A DNA stretch of 64,000 nucleotides from Dehalococcoidia bacterium (GCA_965219925.1 OZ244795.1:1031395-1095394); one strand, 5' to 3'. Counted from the first letter of the stretch, positions 1-10,397 are shown. Translations and numbers: made by a program. The notes: a model not told the origin generated them from the letters alone.

Positions 1-172
1 TCAGGTCCAGCACTTCGGCCTGCTCCGGTATCAACCGCCGAAACAGCTTGCCCACCGCGTCGATGGCCCCATCGTCGATGTGAACCACCAGCCGCGGCAT
101 CGTGTAAAACTCGGCGTCATTGCTCTCGTCTTCCCGCTGGAAAAACTCCGGTGGGAAACTCCTGGGATCCAT
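1..172 (-). CDS. SAM-dependent methyltransferase, N-terminal part only (gene runs off left edge)
   Basis: ATG at 172-170 on minus strand. Translation MDPRSFPPEFFQREDESNDAEFYTMPRLVVHIDDGAIDAVGKLFRRLIPEQAEVLDL resembles the conserved N-terminus (FY..PR.V.HID ... VLDL) of a class I methyltransferase family. Open-ended, so absent from the ORF track. Confidence 0.45.
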   Translation of the reverse strand, partial: MDPRSFPPEFFQREDESNDAEFYTMPRLVVHIDDGAIDAVGKLFRRLIPEQAEVLDL

Positions 173-316
173 AGCCAAGTTCAACCTCCTGATGAGACCT
201 ATATCGCCGGCCCGCTCCGGGAATAGCAGGCGTTCAAACTCCGCGCGGTTCATGCTCTTCTAACTCCTCTGCCGAGGGGAGATGGTAGGGGTGAGGGAGA
301 GAACCGGGCAACTATC

Positions 317-1336
317 CTACCCCAGCCGATACGCCCGCGCCGCGCAATCGTGGAACATATCCGCCCGCTCGCTGGCCGAAAAGTCCGCCGACATCCGCTT
401 GAAGGCGTTCCACATCACATGATACGAGAACGATTCCTTGTCCACCGGGAAGTTGCTCTCGAACATGCAGCGGCTCGGCCCGAACTGTTCGATGCAGTAA
501 CGCATGATGGGGTCGATTGACGTCGCCACCTCTTCTGAGCCAACCGGTGTCGAGCGTTGATGCCAGTCGAACCCCGTGCGAGCCATCCCTACGCCGCCCA
601 GCTTGAGCACCACGTTGGGAGCCGAGGCTGCCGCCGCGATCCCGGCGCGCCAGTTGGCCATCGTTTCGTCCGGATTGCCGGCATACGGTCCCGTACGCAT
701 CAGCCCGCCCACGTGGTTCAGCACGATGGTCAGGTCTGGAACGGCCCGGGCGAAATCGGCCACCTCGGGCAGTTGCGGATGCAGGCATGACACGTCCAGC
801 GACAGGTTCATTTCGGCCAGCGCCCGGGCGCCGGCCCGGTAGTCGTCACTGGCAAGTTGATTGGGGAACGGATACGCGCCGGGGCTGGCAATCTCCGGAT
901 GCGGGTCCCATCCTACCCCGTGGCGGATGCCGCTGAACCGGTTGGGGCTGGCCGCCCGCAACGCTTCCAGCACCGGGCGCACGTTGCTCCCCAGGTGCAG
1001 GTTGGCATGGCCCACAATCCCGTGTGCCGCGCGGGTGTTGCCGTAGATGCCGCTGGCGCTCTGGGCAGCGATGCCCTGCACGAATTCCACCTCCCCCACC
1101 GGACGCAGCTCGTCCGTTGCCCCGTCCCGGTACATCGACCGCGCCTCCACAAACACCGTGGATACAATATTGTGGCCGCTGCCGGTGTCGGCCATGAGCT
1201 GGTCCAGCATGTAGCGTGGCTCAACCCGGTCGGGTCGCTGATCCCAAAAGTGGTGATGCGGGTCGCAGATGGGCAAATCGGGTTCCAGGGTCGGCTCAAC
1301 CGTTTGAGCCAGCCAGTCGTTGATCGGCGCTGCCAT
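317..1336 (-). CDS. amidohydrolase-2 family metal-dependent hydrolase
   Basis: 339-aa ORF with ICDPHHHFWD metal-binding N-terminal motif and FESNFPVDK block typical of PF04909/COG3618-like hydrolases. Confidence 0.8.
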   Translation of the reverse strand: MAAPINDWLAQTVEPTLEPDLPICDPHHHFWDQRPDRVEPRYMLDQLMADTGSGHNIVSTVFVEARSMYRDGATDELRPVGEVEFVQGIAAQSASGIYGNTRAAHGIVGHANLHLGSNVRPVLEALRAASPNRFSGIRHGVGWDPHPEIASPGAYPFPNQLASDDYRAGARALAEMNLSLDVSCLHPQLPEVADFARAVPDLTIVLNHVGGLMRTGPYAGNPDETMANWRAGIAAAASAPNVVLKLGGVGMARTGFDWHQRSTPVGSEEVATSIDPIMRYCIEQFGPSRCMFESNFPVDKESFSYHVMWNAFKRMSADFSASERADMFHDCAARAYRLG

Positions 1337-1402
1337 GATCGTGCCTCCTTGGTCGAATCCGTTGGGAAGGGCGGTGTATCGGGCGTTAGGACTGTGCGTC
1401 GT

Positions 1403-2452
1403 TTAGATCTCCACGCGGTACACACGGGCGGCGGTGTCATGGAACATGGCAGCGCGCTCCGTGGCCGAGTATCCGCTGGATAGCCGCTTGAAGGCGTTGT
1501 ACATCACATGGTACGAATAGGACACCTTGTCCACCGGGAAGTTGCTCTCGAACATGCAGCGATCCGGCCCGAACTGTTCGATACAGTGGTGCATAAACGG
1601 CGCCATCCCTTCCGCCAGTTCCTCGGAGCCGATGGGGACGGTCCGCTCGTGCCAGTCAAAGCCCGTGCGGGGCATCCCGATACCGCCCAGCTTGATCACC
1701 ACGTTGGGAGCCGACGCAGCGGCGGTGATGCCTTTGCGCCAGGTATCCAGCACTTCTTCCTCATTGTTGGCGTAGGGGCCGGTGCGCAACAGGCCGCCGA
1801 TGTGGTTCAGGATGATGGTCAGGTCGGGTACGGCTTTGGCGAAATCGGCCAGTTCCGGCAGCTGCGGGAAATACATCCAGCCTTCCAGCGTTAGGCCCAT
1901 GCTTGCCAGTACCCTGGCGCCGGCCCTGAAATTGTCGCTGGCCAGCTGACCCTGCTGGTTGTGCGCCGCCGTATTCTCGATCTCCGGATGCGGGTCCCAG
2001 GTAACCGAGTGGCGGATGCCGCGGAACCGGTTGGGGCTGGCTGCCTGCAACGCCTCCAGCGCCGGTTTCACGCCGTCGCCCAGGTTCAAATTCGCATGTC
2101 CCACGATGGATGCTGCCGCCCGACCCGGCCCGTAGAGTCCGTTGGCCGATGCCGCCGCCAATCCCTGCACAAATTCCACCTCGCCCACTGGACGCATTTC
2201 CTCCGGGCCCGTGATGCGATACATCGACCGGGCCTCCACGAACACGGTGGAGCGTACGTTGTGGCCGCTGTTGATATCTTCGGCCAGCTCGTGCAGCAGG
2301 TAGCGCTGGTAGGGAATCCGCTCGGTGCGGTAATCCCAAAAATGGTGGTGCGGGTCGCAAATTGGTATATCCGGCTCCAGCGTTTCTTCCTGCCGGGTGG
2401 CGAGCCAGTCATTGCCTCCGAATGGCATAATCAAGCCTCCTGTGCGTATCAT
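1403..2452 (-). CDS. amidohydrolase-2 family metal-dependent hydrolase (tandem paralog)
   Basis: 349-aa ORF alignable over its full length to the 317..1336 product (ICDPHHHFWD, VFVEARSMYR, RPVGEVEFVQG, FESNFPVDK shared). Start could be the internal MPFGG codon. Confidence 0.8.
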   Translation of the reverse strand: MIRTGGLIMPFGGNDWLATRQEETLEPDIPICDPHHHFWDYRTERIPYQRYLLHELAEDINSGHNVRSTVFVEARSMYRITGPEEMRPVGEVEFVQGLAAASANGLYGPGRAAASIVGHANLNLGDGVKPALEALQAASPNRFRGIRHSVTWDPHPEIENTAAHNQQGQLASDNFRAGARVLASMGLTLEGWMYFPQLPELADFAKAVPDLTIILNHIGGLLRTGPYANNEEEVLDTWRKGITAAASAPNVVIKLGGIGMPRTGFDWHERTVPIGSEELAEGMAPFMHHCIEQFGPDRCMFESNFPVDKVSYSYHVMYNAFKRLSSGYSATERAAMFHDTAARVYRVEI

Positions 2453-2600
2453 AGCGCCAGTCGGCCCCGGTTATGTAACCTGCTCCGCCGGCAGCGCAAT
2501 CATAACATAGGGGACGTGCCAAGAAAGGGGAGTGCAAAGCAGGGTTAATGCAGCGTGACAGGCGTTAATAGCAGATTGATGCCGTTTATTAACCGATCCT

Positions 2601-3881
2601 ATGCTGTTATTATTAGATTCAATCCACTTTATACTAGACAAGAGCAACGAATTGACAGCGAACGTGGCCTCAAATCCACCTGTTGACCCTCGCGTCCTAC
2701 AGCTCGGGAACGTATTCACCCCCGCTGCACCAATCCGGGACACCGATTTATTCTCGGGAAGGCGTAGCCTCATACTCAGGATTGCCGATGCGGTCAACCA
2801 GCGCGGAATGCACTGCATCGTGTTTGGTGAACGGGGCGTAGGGAAAACATCCCTGGCCAACATCCTGCCGGCCGTGCTCGGCCTCACAATGGACGAGGAA
2901 TTGGCAGTTGCCAGCATTAACTGTGACACTTCAGACACCTACACCAGCCTGATACACAAGCTGATGCAAGAGATAATCACTGTTCAAGAATTGCCTCGTC
3001 TGGGATTTGGCAACTATTCTTTTCGCCAGGAACATCCTTTATCTGCCGCTCTCCCCGACCAACCCACGCCGAATGATGTACGTATCCTGATGCAGTCGTT
3101 CTCTTCCAACTGGTTGCTCATCGTGGATGAATTCGACCGGCTTGCTGACCAGAATTCGATCCGACTGGTTTCCGATACCATCAAAACGCTCTCAGACCGC
3201 GGCGTATCTGCCACTATAGTACTGGTCGGGGTCGCCAATAACGTAGATGAACTCCTGAAGGAACACCGTTCGATTGAGCGGTGCCTAACCCAGGTCCTTA
3301 TGCCTAGAATGACTCGTGAAGAACTGACAGACATCGTAGATAGAGGACTGATCCAGGTAAATATGAGCATGGATGATTCGGTGCAATGGTACGTACCGGC
3401 TGTATCGCAGGGCTATCCTCACTACACGCATCTTCTGACCCTACATGCAGCTCGACAGGCTCTGGGCGCTGGACGCGATGTGGTTACCCGAAGAGATATA
3501 GAAGCAGCAATCGAATATGCTCTTACAATGACCGAACGCAGCGTCCAGGACAGCTACTCGTCAGCAGTATACAGCGCGAATCCGTCGGCTTTATATCAGC
3601 AAGTGTTGCTGGCTTGTGCGTTAGCAGAGGTTGGCGAATTTGACCATTTCAACGCACAAGCCGTGCGCGAGCCGTTGTCTCAAATAATGGATCGGCGCTA
3701 TGACATTCCAGCTTTCGCACGACATCTTGATGCGTTTTGTGATGATAGCCGTGGGCCAGCACTGATCCGCGAAGGGCAAAGTCGCCGTTATCAATATCGC
3801 TTCGCCATGCCACTAATGCGCCCATTCGTGCTGCTGAAAGGCATCGCCGACGGCCGTATTTCGGCAGACGTTTTGCGCTAA
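2601..3881 (+). CDS. orphan AAA/ORC-Cdc6-like P-loop ATPase
   Basis: 426-aa ORF with Walker A GERGVGKTS and Walker B LLIVDEFD. The helical C-terminal part resembles a winged-helix tail. The region is visibly AT-richer than its flanks. Exact start uncertain. Confidence 0.6.
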   Translation: MLLLLDSIHFILDKSNELTANVASNPPVDPRVLQLGNVFTPAAPIRDTDLFSGRRSLILRIADAVNQRGMHCIVFGERGVGKTSLANILPAVLGLTMDEELAVASINCDTSDTYTSLIHKLMQEIITVQELPRLGFGNYSFRQEHPLSAALPDQPTPNDVRILMQSFSSNWLLIVDEFDRLADQNSIRLVSDTIKTLSDRGVSATIVLVGVANNVDELLKEHRSIERCLTQVLMPRMTREELTDIVDRGLIQVNMSMDDSVQWYVPAVSQGYPHYTHLLTLHAARQALGAGRDVVTRRDIEAAIEYALTMTERSVQDSYSSAVYSANPSALYQQVLLACALAEVGEFDHFNAQAVREPLSQIMDRRYDIPAFARHLDAFCDDSRGPALIREGQSRRYQYRFAMPLMRPFVLLKGIADGRISADVLR

Positions 3882-3946
3882 CTCGTGCGCTTCCCCGTTG
3901 TCTTTGTTGTCTTTAATGTTTTTTCACAGGGAGATCCCAAACGACC

Positions 3947-5035
3947 ATGACCACACCCGCACCCCGACAGTCCCATCCCTACTACATGTACGACGCGATC
4001 TTGTCGCAACCCGACGCCATCGCATCGGTGTTGGCCAGCCAATCTGCCATCTGCGATGACCTGGGCCCGGCGCTGGCCGCCCGCCGCCGGATCTATCTGG
4101 TCGGCATCGGCACATCCTGGCACGCCGCGCTGGCCGCCCAGCAGATGCTCACCGCCGGCCCCGAAACCTTCGCCGGCAACTCTTTTGAGTTCTGCACCGC
4201 TCCTCCGCGCATAACACCGGACGATGCCGTGATAGTCTTCAGCCACCGGGGAACCAAGCGCTCATCCTACGATGCGCTGGACTATGCCCGGTCCACCGGC
4301 GCATTCACCGTAGCCATCACCTCAACTGCCCCCGGCCCGCGCATACAGGCTGCCCACCGGTTGATTCACACCGTATCCCCCGAGATTTCGTCGGCGTTCA
4401 CCGTCAGCTACACCACCGCCCTCACCGTCATCGCCATGCTCAACCGGGCCATTGCTGCCCAAACCGGCCGCAACGCCAGCGACCCCGCCTACAACCAGGT
4501 GGATGCACTGCCCAACCTCATGTCGCAAGTCCTGGCCGCCGAGGACGATGTCAGGGTAGTTGCGCTGGACAATCAATCGCGCCGCCGTTTCATCTCCGCC
4601 GGCTGGGGAGCCCACCGCGCCAACGCCTACGAGGTCGCCCTCAAAATCAAAGAGACCAGCCGCGCTGACTGCGAGGGCTTCCAGATGGAGCAGTTGCTCC
4701 ACGGCCCCTTCTGCTCCCTTGACTCCGATTGCCTGCTGACCCTCATCGCGCCGCCCGGCGACGACCGTGGCCGCACCCTCAACCTGTCCCTGGCCGCCCG
4801 CGAGCTGGGCGCACCGGTATGGGCGTTGATGGGCGAACCGGACTCGTCGGTGCTTGCCACGGGGGCCCGCATCTTCCCGTTGCCCGCTTGCCCGCCCAAC
4901 CTGATGCCCATCATCAGCGTGGCGCCCCTCCAGCTCTTTACCTATCACCTGGCGTTGGCCCGGGGCAGACACCCCGACCTGTTCCAGCAGGACGACCCCC
5001 TCCAGGCTGCCGCCCGCACTCACTACGACCTCTGA
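3947..5035 (+). CDS. SIS-domain sugar-phosphate isomerase/aminotransferase-like protein (GlmS C-terminal-like / FrlB-AgaS-like)
   Basis: 362 aa. Has the N-terminal YYMYDAILSQPDAI motif and two SIS-like repeats (LVGIGTSWHAA ...). Confidence 0.75.
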   Translation: MTTPAPRQSHPYYMYDAILSQPDAIASVLASQSAICDDLGPALAARRRIYLVGIGTSWHAALAAQQMLTAGPETFAGNSFEFCTAPPRITPDDAVIVFSHRGTKRSSYDALDYARSTGAFTVAITSTAPGPRIQAAHRLIHTVSPEISSAFTVSYTTALTVIAMLNRAIAAQTGRNASDPAYNQVDALPNLMSQVLAAEDDVRVVALDNQSRRRFISAGWGAHRANAYEVALKIKETSRADCEGFQMEQLLHGPFCSLDSDCLLTLIAPPGDDRGRTLNLSLAARELGAPVWALMGEPDSSVLATGARIFPLPACPPNLMPIISVAPLQLFTYHLALARGRHPDLFQQDDPLQAAARTHYDL

Positions 5036-5096
5036 ACCACGCGCAGTTGCCCCGCTGTTCAACTCGACACCCTGGCACCAGCCTCGTAGGCTTGCT

Positions 5097-5132
5097 CCCT
5101 CTCCCCCTGTGGGAGAGGGTTGGGGTGAGGGG
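5097..5132. repeat. family A hairpin repeat
   Basis: CCCTCTCCC-CCTGT-GGGAGAGGGTTGGGGTGAGGGG. Confidence 0.8.
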
Positions 5133-5189
5133 AGATAGCCAGACATTGCGCGATCCAATCACATTCAAACAACCAAGAGGAGCGATCCC

Positions 5190-5564
5190 ATGCCCGACAA
5201 CACCGACGCCCAACGTCTGATCGAAGAAGCCGCCCGAACCCGCGGCTACACCCTGGAAATGCACCGTATCAACGCCCTCGCCGACCCCGAGTGGACGCAG
5301 AAATACGGCGAGTTCATCGAGGCGACCTACACCGGCCAACGGCTGCTGGATCGCAAGACGAAAGAGCTGCTGCAAATCTGCGTGGAGGTTGCGCTGCGCG
5401 CCGACCAGGAGCAGATTCAGGCGCACATGCGTGTGGCGCTCCGCGAAGGAGCCACTCCACGGGAGATACTGGAAGCCATGCAGGCCGTGATCGCGCCCAT
5501 GGGAGCCCTGGCTTTCCGGCGCGGTGTTCAGGCCTGGGCCGCCGAAACCGACTTCCAATACTGA
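5190..5564 (+). CDS. carboxymuconolactone decarboxylase (AhpD-like) family protein
   Basis: 124 aa. KELLQICVEVALRADQEQIQAHMRVALREGATPREILEAMQ is typical of the CMD family. AGGAG RBS upstream. Confidence 0.75.
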   Translation: MPDNTDAQRLIEEAARTRGYTLEMHRINALADPEWTQKYGEFIEATYTGQRLLDRKTKELLQICVEVALRADQEQIQAHMRVALREGATPREILEAMQAVIAPMGALAFRRGVQAWAAETDFQY

Positions 5565-5615
5565 CCCCGACGGCCCTGACCCGGCGCGTACTGACCCAAC
5601 CGGCTCCCCGCGCCT

Positions 5616-6995
5616 TCAGCCACCGCCCGGCATGTTGGGGTGTCCCCACAGCGGATGTCTGAACGTGGGCGCCAGGGCGGGGTTCAACTGGCGTCTCACA
5701 TTGGCCGCGGCCCCGCCGTCGTGGGTGGTTGCCGCGGCCGCCTCGCCCGATTCGTCGGTCGAGGCCCGGCGGTTGCTGCGCGGAGCCTTCCGTCGCGACG
5801 TTAACCGGTTCAGATGCCGCGCCAACTCATCCAGGCTGTGCAGGTTGTGGGCCGGCATGAAATCGTCAATGTAAGGCAACGCCGCCTGCATCCCGCGGGT
5901 CAGTGGTTCGTAGGTCGGCGACCCCAGCAGTGGATTCAGCCAGATCAACCGGTGGCAGCTGCGTTGCAACCGCGCCATCTCCCGCGACAACAGTTCCGGC
6001 TCTCCCCGGTCCCAGCCGTCCGAAATCACCAGCACCACTGCGCCGCCACGCAGCACCCGGCGCGCCCACTGGTAATTGAAACCCTTGATCGCCTCTCCGA
6101 TGCGCGTTCCGCCCGCCCAGTCGGGAACCGCGCGGGCCACATCGGCCACCGCCTGATCGACTCCTCGGTGCGCCAGATGACGGGTCACGCGGGTCAATCG
6201 GGTGGCGAACAAAAACGCCTCCAGCTGCTGCCCACTCACCGCCACCGTGTGAACGAAGTGCAGCAGCATTCTGGTGTACCGCTCCATGGAACCGCTCACG
6301 TCGCAGATCAGAACCAGCGGTCGCGGCTTGGTCTTCCTCCGGCGGTGGGCGATGTCCAGCATTTCGCCGCCGTAGGCCAGACTCCGGCGCATACTCCGCC
6401 GCAGGTCGATATCCGACCCGTCTCCCCACATCAGGCGACGAGTCCGTCGGCTGCCCAAATCCCACGCCAGGTCTGCCATCATCCCCCGGGCTGCCGCCAC
6501 CTCGTTGGCGGTATATTCGGCAAAATCCCGTTGGCGCAGCACTTCACGGGCGCTGAATGATCGCTGCAAGTCCACCACCGGCTGACGGTCTCCCGCGTCG
6601 TCGGGCGGCATGTCCTCGCCGGGCGGGCCATCCGAGGTATCCTCCCGGTGCGGCATCACACGCGGCGTCCGATAGCGCCGTTCCTCCCCCATCGACCGCA
6701 GATCCCTCATGCTGGCGCCGTGAGCCTGTCGTCGCCAGAACACCTGAAATGCCTCATCGAACAGGGGCAAATCACTGCGTCGATGCACCAGCAATGCCCG
6801 CGCCGCCAAACGGAAATCGTTGCGGTTCCCCCCCAGCGGCACAAACTCCGTGGCCCGCACCAGATCCAGAATGTTCGCCGACCCAAAATCCAGCCCCAGC
6901 CGTCGCAGCACCTCGCCGAACATCAGCAGGTTGGTCAGGATAGTGCCGTCGCCGACGTCAGCCGGCGCGGTGTGCATGTTGATGTTGGCAACCAT
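5616..6995 (-). CDS. VWA domain protein, CoxE-like
   Basis: 459 aa. ICDVSGSMERYTRMLLHFVH MIDAS-type motif and overall layout of CoxE/VWA_CoxE proteins. Confidence 0.8.
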   Translation of the reverse strand: MVANINMHTAPADVGDGTILTNLLMFGEVLRRLGLDFGSANILDLVRATEFVPLGGNRNDFRLAARALLVHRRSDLPLFDEAFQVFWRRQAHGASMRDLRSMGEERRYRTPRVMPHREDTSDGPPGEDMPPDDAGDRQPVVDLQRSFSAREVLRQRDFAEYTANEVAAARGMMADLAWDLGSRRTRRLMWGDGSDIDLRRSMRRSLAYGGEMLDIAHRRRKTKPRPLVLICDVSGSMERYTRMLLHFVHTVAVSGQQLEAFLFATRLTRVTRHLAHRGVDQAVADVARAVPDWAGGTRIGEAIKGFNYQWARRVLRGGAVVLVISDGWDRGEPELLSREMARLQRSCHRLIWLNPLLGSPTYEPLTRGMQAALPYIDDFMPAHNLHSLDELARHLNRLTSRRKAPRSNRRASTDESGEAAAATTHDGGAAANVRRQLNPALAPTFRHPLWGHPNMPGGG

Positions 6996-7092
6996 TCTCT
7001 CGGATCACTCCGGTGCGCCGCCAAACGCGTCGATGCGTCGATCAGCCGGCAGATTGACCGGCAGACAGGATGGTATCACACCCCCTCCCGGT

Positions 7093-8427
7093 TTACGCGT
7101 TGGCAACCGCGGCGGGTCGATGACGCAGCGTTACCGCCGCCGGGTCGCGTGGGAACAACAGCGCGGCAATCACCGCCACGCTGGTGCCGGCTGCCACGCT
7201 CAGCGCCCCCGTCATCAGCGAACCCGACAACTCAGCGATGATCCCGGCTGCCAGGGGCCCGGTGGCGAATCCCACCGCGCTGAACGTCAACACCAGCGCC
7301 GTTATCACCGACACCTCCCGTTCGTGGATATCCTTGAAATCGAACTGTAGCACCTCCATCGCCGGCACAAACACCCATACCAGCCCCAACCCGGTCAACT
7401 CGATGGCTACCAACACCTGATTGCCGGCAAGCAGCGCCGCAAACGTGAATCCGGTGTTGAATACGGCGGGAATCAGAATCATCAACCGACGGTCGGTAAT
7501 GCGTTTGAAAATCTGCCCACCCAGCGGCGCTGCCGGAATCAGGGCATAGTAGAGAAACCCGAACAGGACGCTGCCCGATGATATCGCGATGTTACGTTCG
7601 GTTTCCAGGATCAGGGGCAAAAACGTCAAAACGGTAGTCCACGACGCCGCCAGGCAAAGCATCACTATTCCCAGCAGCCAGGCGTGCGGATAGCGCCGGA
7701 GCGCGCCGATGGGCGATACCCCTCCGCCCTGCATCAGCGTGGTGGCAGCGTCCTTAGCCCGTACCCGGTCGTCGGATCCCTCCGTTCCGTCGTTCGCCGA
7801 CCGTACCGATGTCCCGGCTTTGGCCGTGGACGTCAGCGTCGTCCAGATCAAAAAATGCGCCGCCATCAGCCCGCCCTGGATGAAATACGCCAATCGCCAG
7901 CTTCCCAGGGCGACGATAATCAGTGGACTGAAGGTCAACACACCCGCCATCATCGTCGAATGAACCGACAACCCGACTGCCGTTACGATTGAGTAGTCTT
8001 TCGGAGCCACCCAACGTCTCAGCAGCAGCGGGCGCACCGGAGCCAGCGCCGCATAGGTCAGCACGGTGAAGAATCGGGCCAGCAGCAGCGTCCAGAAACC
8101 CACGGCCAGCCCTTGGCAGAACACCATCGGCGTGATCACGGCCAGTGCTCCCATCACGCGCCGGTTCGGGTTCATCCTGATAAAGACCACGCTCAACGGC
8201 ACCAGCGCCACGGCGGACGTAATCCACCACACCCCCTGCAACAACCCGATTTGCAGATAGGACAGGTGCAGGTCCTCGCGCACGAAGGGCAGAAACAACC
8301 CAAAGGCATAGGACGACAGCACCACCGAACTGTGGTGCAACCGGTTCAGCATCATCGCCACCCACCCGCGTGGAGATGTGGTCGCGGCCGCTTCAGCGCT
8401 GGAGGAATTGCCGGGTTGTGTCAACAT
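7093..8427 (-). CDS. MFS transporter
   Basis: 444 aa, about 12 hydrophobic segments, central hydrophilic loop. Confidence 0.8.
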   Translation of the reverse strand: MLTQPGNSSSAEAAATTSPRGWVAMMLNRLHHSSVVLSSYAFGLFLPFVREDLHLSYLQIGLLQGVWWITSAVALVPLSVVFIRMNPNRRVMGALAVITPMVFCQGLAVGFWTLLLARFFTVLTYAALAPVRPLLLRRWVAPKDYSIVTAVGLSVHSTMMAGVLTFSPLIIVALGSWRLAYFIQGGLMAAHFLIWTTLTSTAKAGTSVRSANDGTEGSDDRVRAKDAATTLMQGGGVSPIGALRRYPHAWLLGIVMLCLAASWTTVLTFLPLILETERNIAISSGSVLFGFLYYALIPAAPLGGQIFKRITDRRLMILIPAVFNTGFTFAALLAGNQVLVAIELTGLGLVWVFVPAMEVLQFDFKDIHEREVSVITALVLTFSAVGFATGPLAAGIIAELSGSLMTGALSVAAGTSVAVIAALLFPRDPAAVTLRHRPAAVANA

Positions 8428-8439
8428 CTACCGCACACT

Positions 8440-8639
8440 CACGCGTACCCACTTTGTCAAACCAAACTGGCCCACCGTCATTGCGAGGAGCGCCCATTCC
8501 CACCTGTCATTGCGACCCCGTACTTGATACGGGGGTAGAATCTCGTTGCCGTAGCGATGGTGGTTTGACGACGTGTGTTCAACCTCAACGAGGTTGCCAC
8601 GTCGCTGCGCTCCTCGCAATGACAAAGTGGGTACGCGTG
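8440..8639. repeat. composite palindromic intergenic element (family B/D)
   Basis: Perfect 19-bp outer inverted repeat CACGCGTACCCACTTTGTC (8440-8458) / GACAAAGTGGGTACGCGTG (8621-8639). It encloses GTCATTGCGAGG (8477) ... CCTCGCAATGAC (ending 8623) arms and the conserved core GACGTGTGTT. Confidence 0.85.
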
Positions 8640-8667
8640 CGCTACCGCACTCGGTCAACTGGCCCGG

Positions 8668-9882
8668 CTACCGGTGGCCCGACCGTGGGTGCGCCATCGC
8701 CGCCGCCTGCTCCTCGGTCATGCCGGCGAAGCGCTGCGGACGGTACGGCCCAAGCACGGCATCTGCTGGCACACCCCCGCAAACTTCCTGCGCTGCCAGC
8801 TCGCTCAACGCCGGCGCCAGCGTCACCCCGCTGTGGGTCAACGCGATGTACAGGTTGGCGGGTTCGTCGGCAAACCCGATTACCGGGTACCCGTCCAGCG
8901 GCATGGGACGCCAGCCCACGGGAACCGGAACGGCCTCCGCTCCGGTAAGCCCGGGCAGATAGCGGCACGCCCTGGCCAACAGGTCGTCGGCGTGGGCCTG
9001 GCTGTCGTCTTCGGCCAAACTCTCCTGGTCGCCCTCGCCAATCATCATCCGCCCGTCGGCGCACTGACGCAGGTGGATCTCCCGCCGCCCGTCGCCAAGC
9101 GGCGGAGCGTACACCACGGGCACGTTGTACAGCAGAGGCGGCAACGGATTGGTGCGTATGACCACCCCCGGGCTCTCCGCCTGGGGCACGTTCACACCGG
9201 CCAGTGCGGCCAAAGCCGTCGTGTCGGTCCCGGCAGCCAGCACCACCGCATCCGCCTCCACCCGGCCACGGGTGGTGAGCGCCGACCGGATGGAGCCATC
9301 GGTTTCTCGCTCAAACCCGTCCACGACCGTATCTGAATGGACGCGGCCATCCAGTTGCCCCAGACGGCGCAAGCCGGCGTTGACCACCAGTTGCGGCTCA
9401 ACCTGCCCTTCGTTCTCGCTGTATTCGGCGGCGACGACGGGGCCCACGTCCAGGGACGGCTCCAGCCGTTTTAGCTCCGCAGCGTCGATCAAACGCGTCG
9501 GATAGCCCCAGGATTGCAGTTGCCGCACCCGCGCCACCAGCTGCTCAGCGGCAGTTTCCTCCGATTCCCACGACACCTTGCCGCCCCAGCGCAGGCCAAT
9601 CTCCTCGGCGTCGCCGTGGGGAGCCACCGCCGCGGCGAAACGCGGCCACATCTCCAGCGAACGTCGGTTCAGATTGTGGTAGCCGATGGGTTCCTTGGCC
9701 CCGGCATTGATCCAGGCAAAACTGTGGCTGGACGCGCCGCTGCCCGGCTCGCCACGGTCGACGACGGTAACGCGCACGCCGCGGGCAGCGATGCGCCAGG
9801 CGATTGATGCCCCCAGAATGCCCGCTCCAATTACAACGACGTGGCGGGGGACGTGGCGGGGAGGGATGTTTAGCCGGCTCAT
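8668..9882 (-). CDS. FAD-dependent oxidoreductase (DAO / glycine-D-amino-acid oxidase-like)
   Basis: 404 aa. N-terminal dinucleotide fold VVVIGAGILGASIAWRIAARG. Confidence 0.85.
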   Translation of the reverse strand: MSRLNIPPRHVPRHVVVIGAGILGASIAWRIAARGVRVTVVDRGEPGSGASSHSFAWINAGAKEPIGYHNLNRRSLEMWPRFAAAVAPHGDAEEIGLRWGGKVSWESEETAAEQLVARVRQLQSWGYPTRLIDAAELKRLEPSLDVGPVVAAEYSENEGQVEPQLVVNAGLRRLGQLDGRVHSDTVVDGFERETDGSIRSALTTRGRVEADAVVLAAGTDTTALAALAGVNVPQAESPGVVIRTNPLPPLLYNVPVVYAPPLGDGRREIHLRQCADGRMMIGEGDQESLAEDDSQAHADDLLARACRYLPGLTGAEAVPVPVGWRPMPLDGYPVIGFADEPANLYIALTHSGVTLAPALSELAAQEVCGGVPADAVLGPYRPQRFAGMTEEQAAAMAHPRSGHR

Positions 9883-10397
9883 CTTTGGCCCGACTCCGAA
9901 TCAAGATCCTCGCCCAATGTGGCCAGAAATTGATCCATCTCTTCGTCGGTCAAATCCTCCATATCCGAATCCTGCCCTAAGATCATGTCATCAATCCCGT
10001 CAAGGAGTTCCGCCACAGTTTCGTGATCGTCGCCATCCAAAAGAGCGTTTTTGACAAATGGCAACGCCAATAACAGATGCAACGCGGTTTCGGCGATCCT
10101 GATGGACGCCGGCGCGGCGTCGGGGTCGGAGAGCAGAGCATAAGCTTCAGCCGCCAACTGAGCGTGCTCGTCGCCCGCTTCAGCTCGTTCCAGGATGCTG
10201 TCCACAATCGTCTGGAGAGCGTCTCGCAATTCCGGCGAGGGCTCGCCGCCGATAACCGCTGCCGCCAACAGGGCGCTTTGGTACAAAAACACCAGGTCGG
10301 TGGTGTTATGGCCTGGGTCGGCCATAACACGCTGCGCCAACTCGACTATGTCCGTCGGATCAGCCGAACCATCAAATGTGATGTCGTTGGATACCAT
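9879..10397 (-). CDS. hypothetical acidic protein
   Basis: 172-aa ORF. 4-nt overlap with the downstream FAD oxidoreductase start suggests coupling. No recognisable motif. Confidence 0.5.
   Translation of the reverse strand: MVSNDITFDGSADPTDIVELAQRVMADPGHNTTDLVFLYQSALLAAAVIGGEPSPELRDALQTIVDSILERAEAGDEHAQLAAEAYALLSDPDAAPASIRIAETALHLLLALPFVKNALLDGDDHETVAELLDGIDDMILGQDSDMEDLTDEEMDQFLATLGEDLDSESGQR

Noticed and set aside
4322-5158. 278-aa minus-strand ORF, with similar overlapping ORFs across 317-2548
   Set aside because: They are antisense or out of frame relative to well-supported SIS and amidohydrolase genes.
8428-8658. Short ORFs translating repeat elements: 8428..8658, 20797..20991, 22469..22879, 60595..61215 and the N-terminal extensions of 20855..22366 and 23059..24207
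   Set aside because: Their sequences are the dispersed A/B/C/D repeats read through in arbitrary frames. The same peptides recur wherever the repeat recurs.
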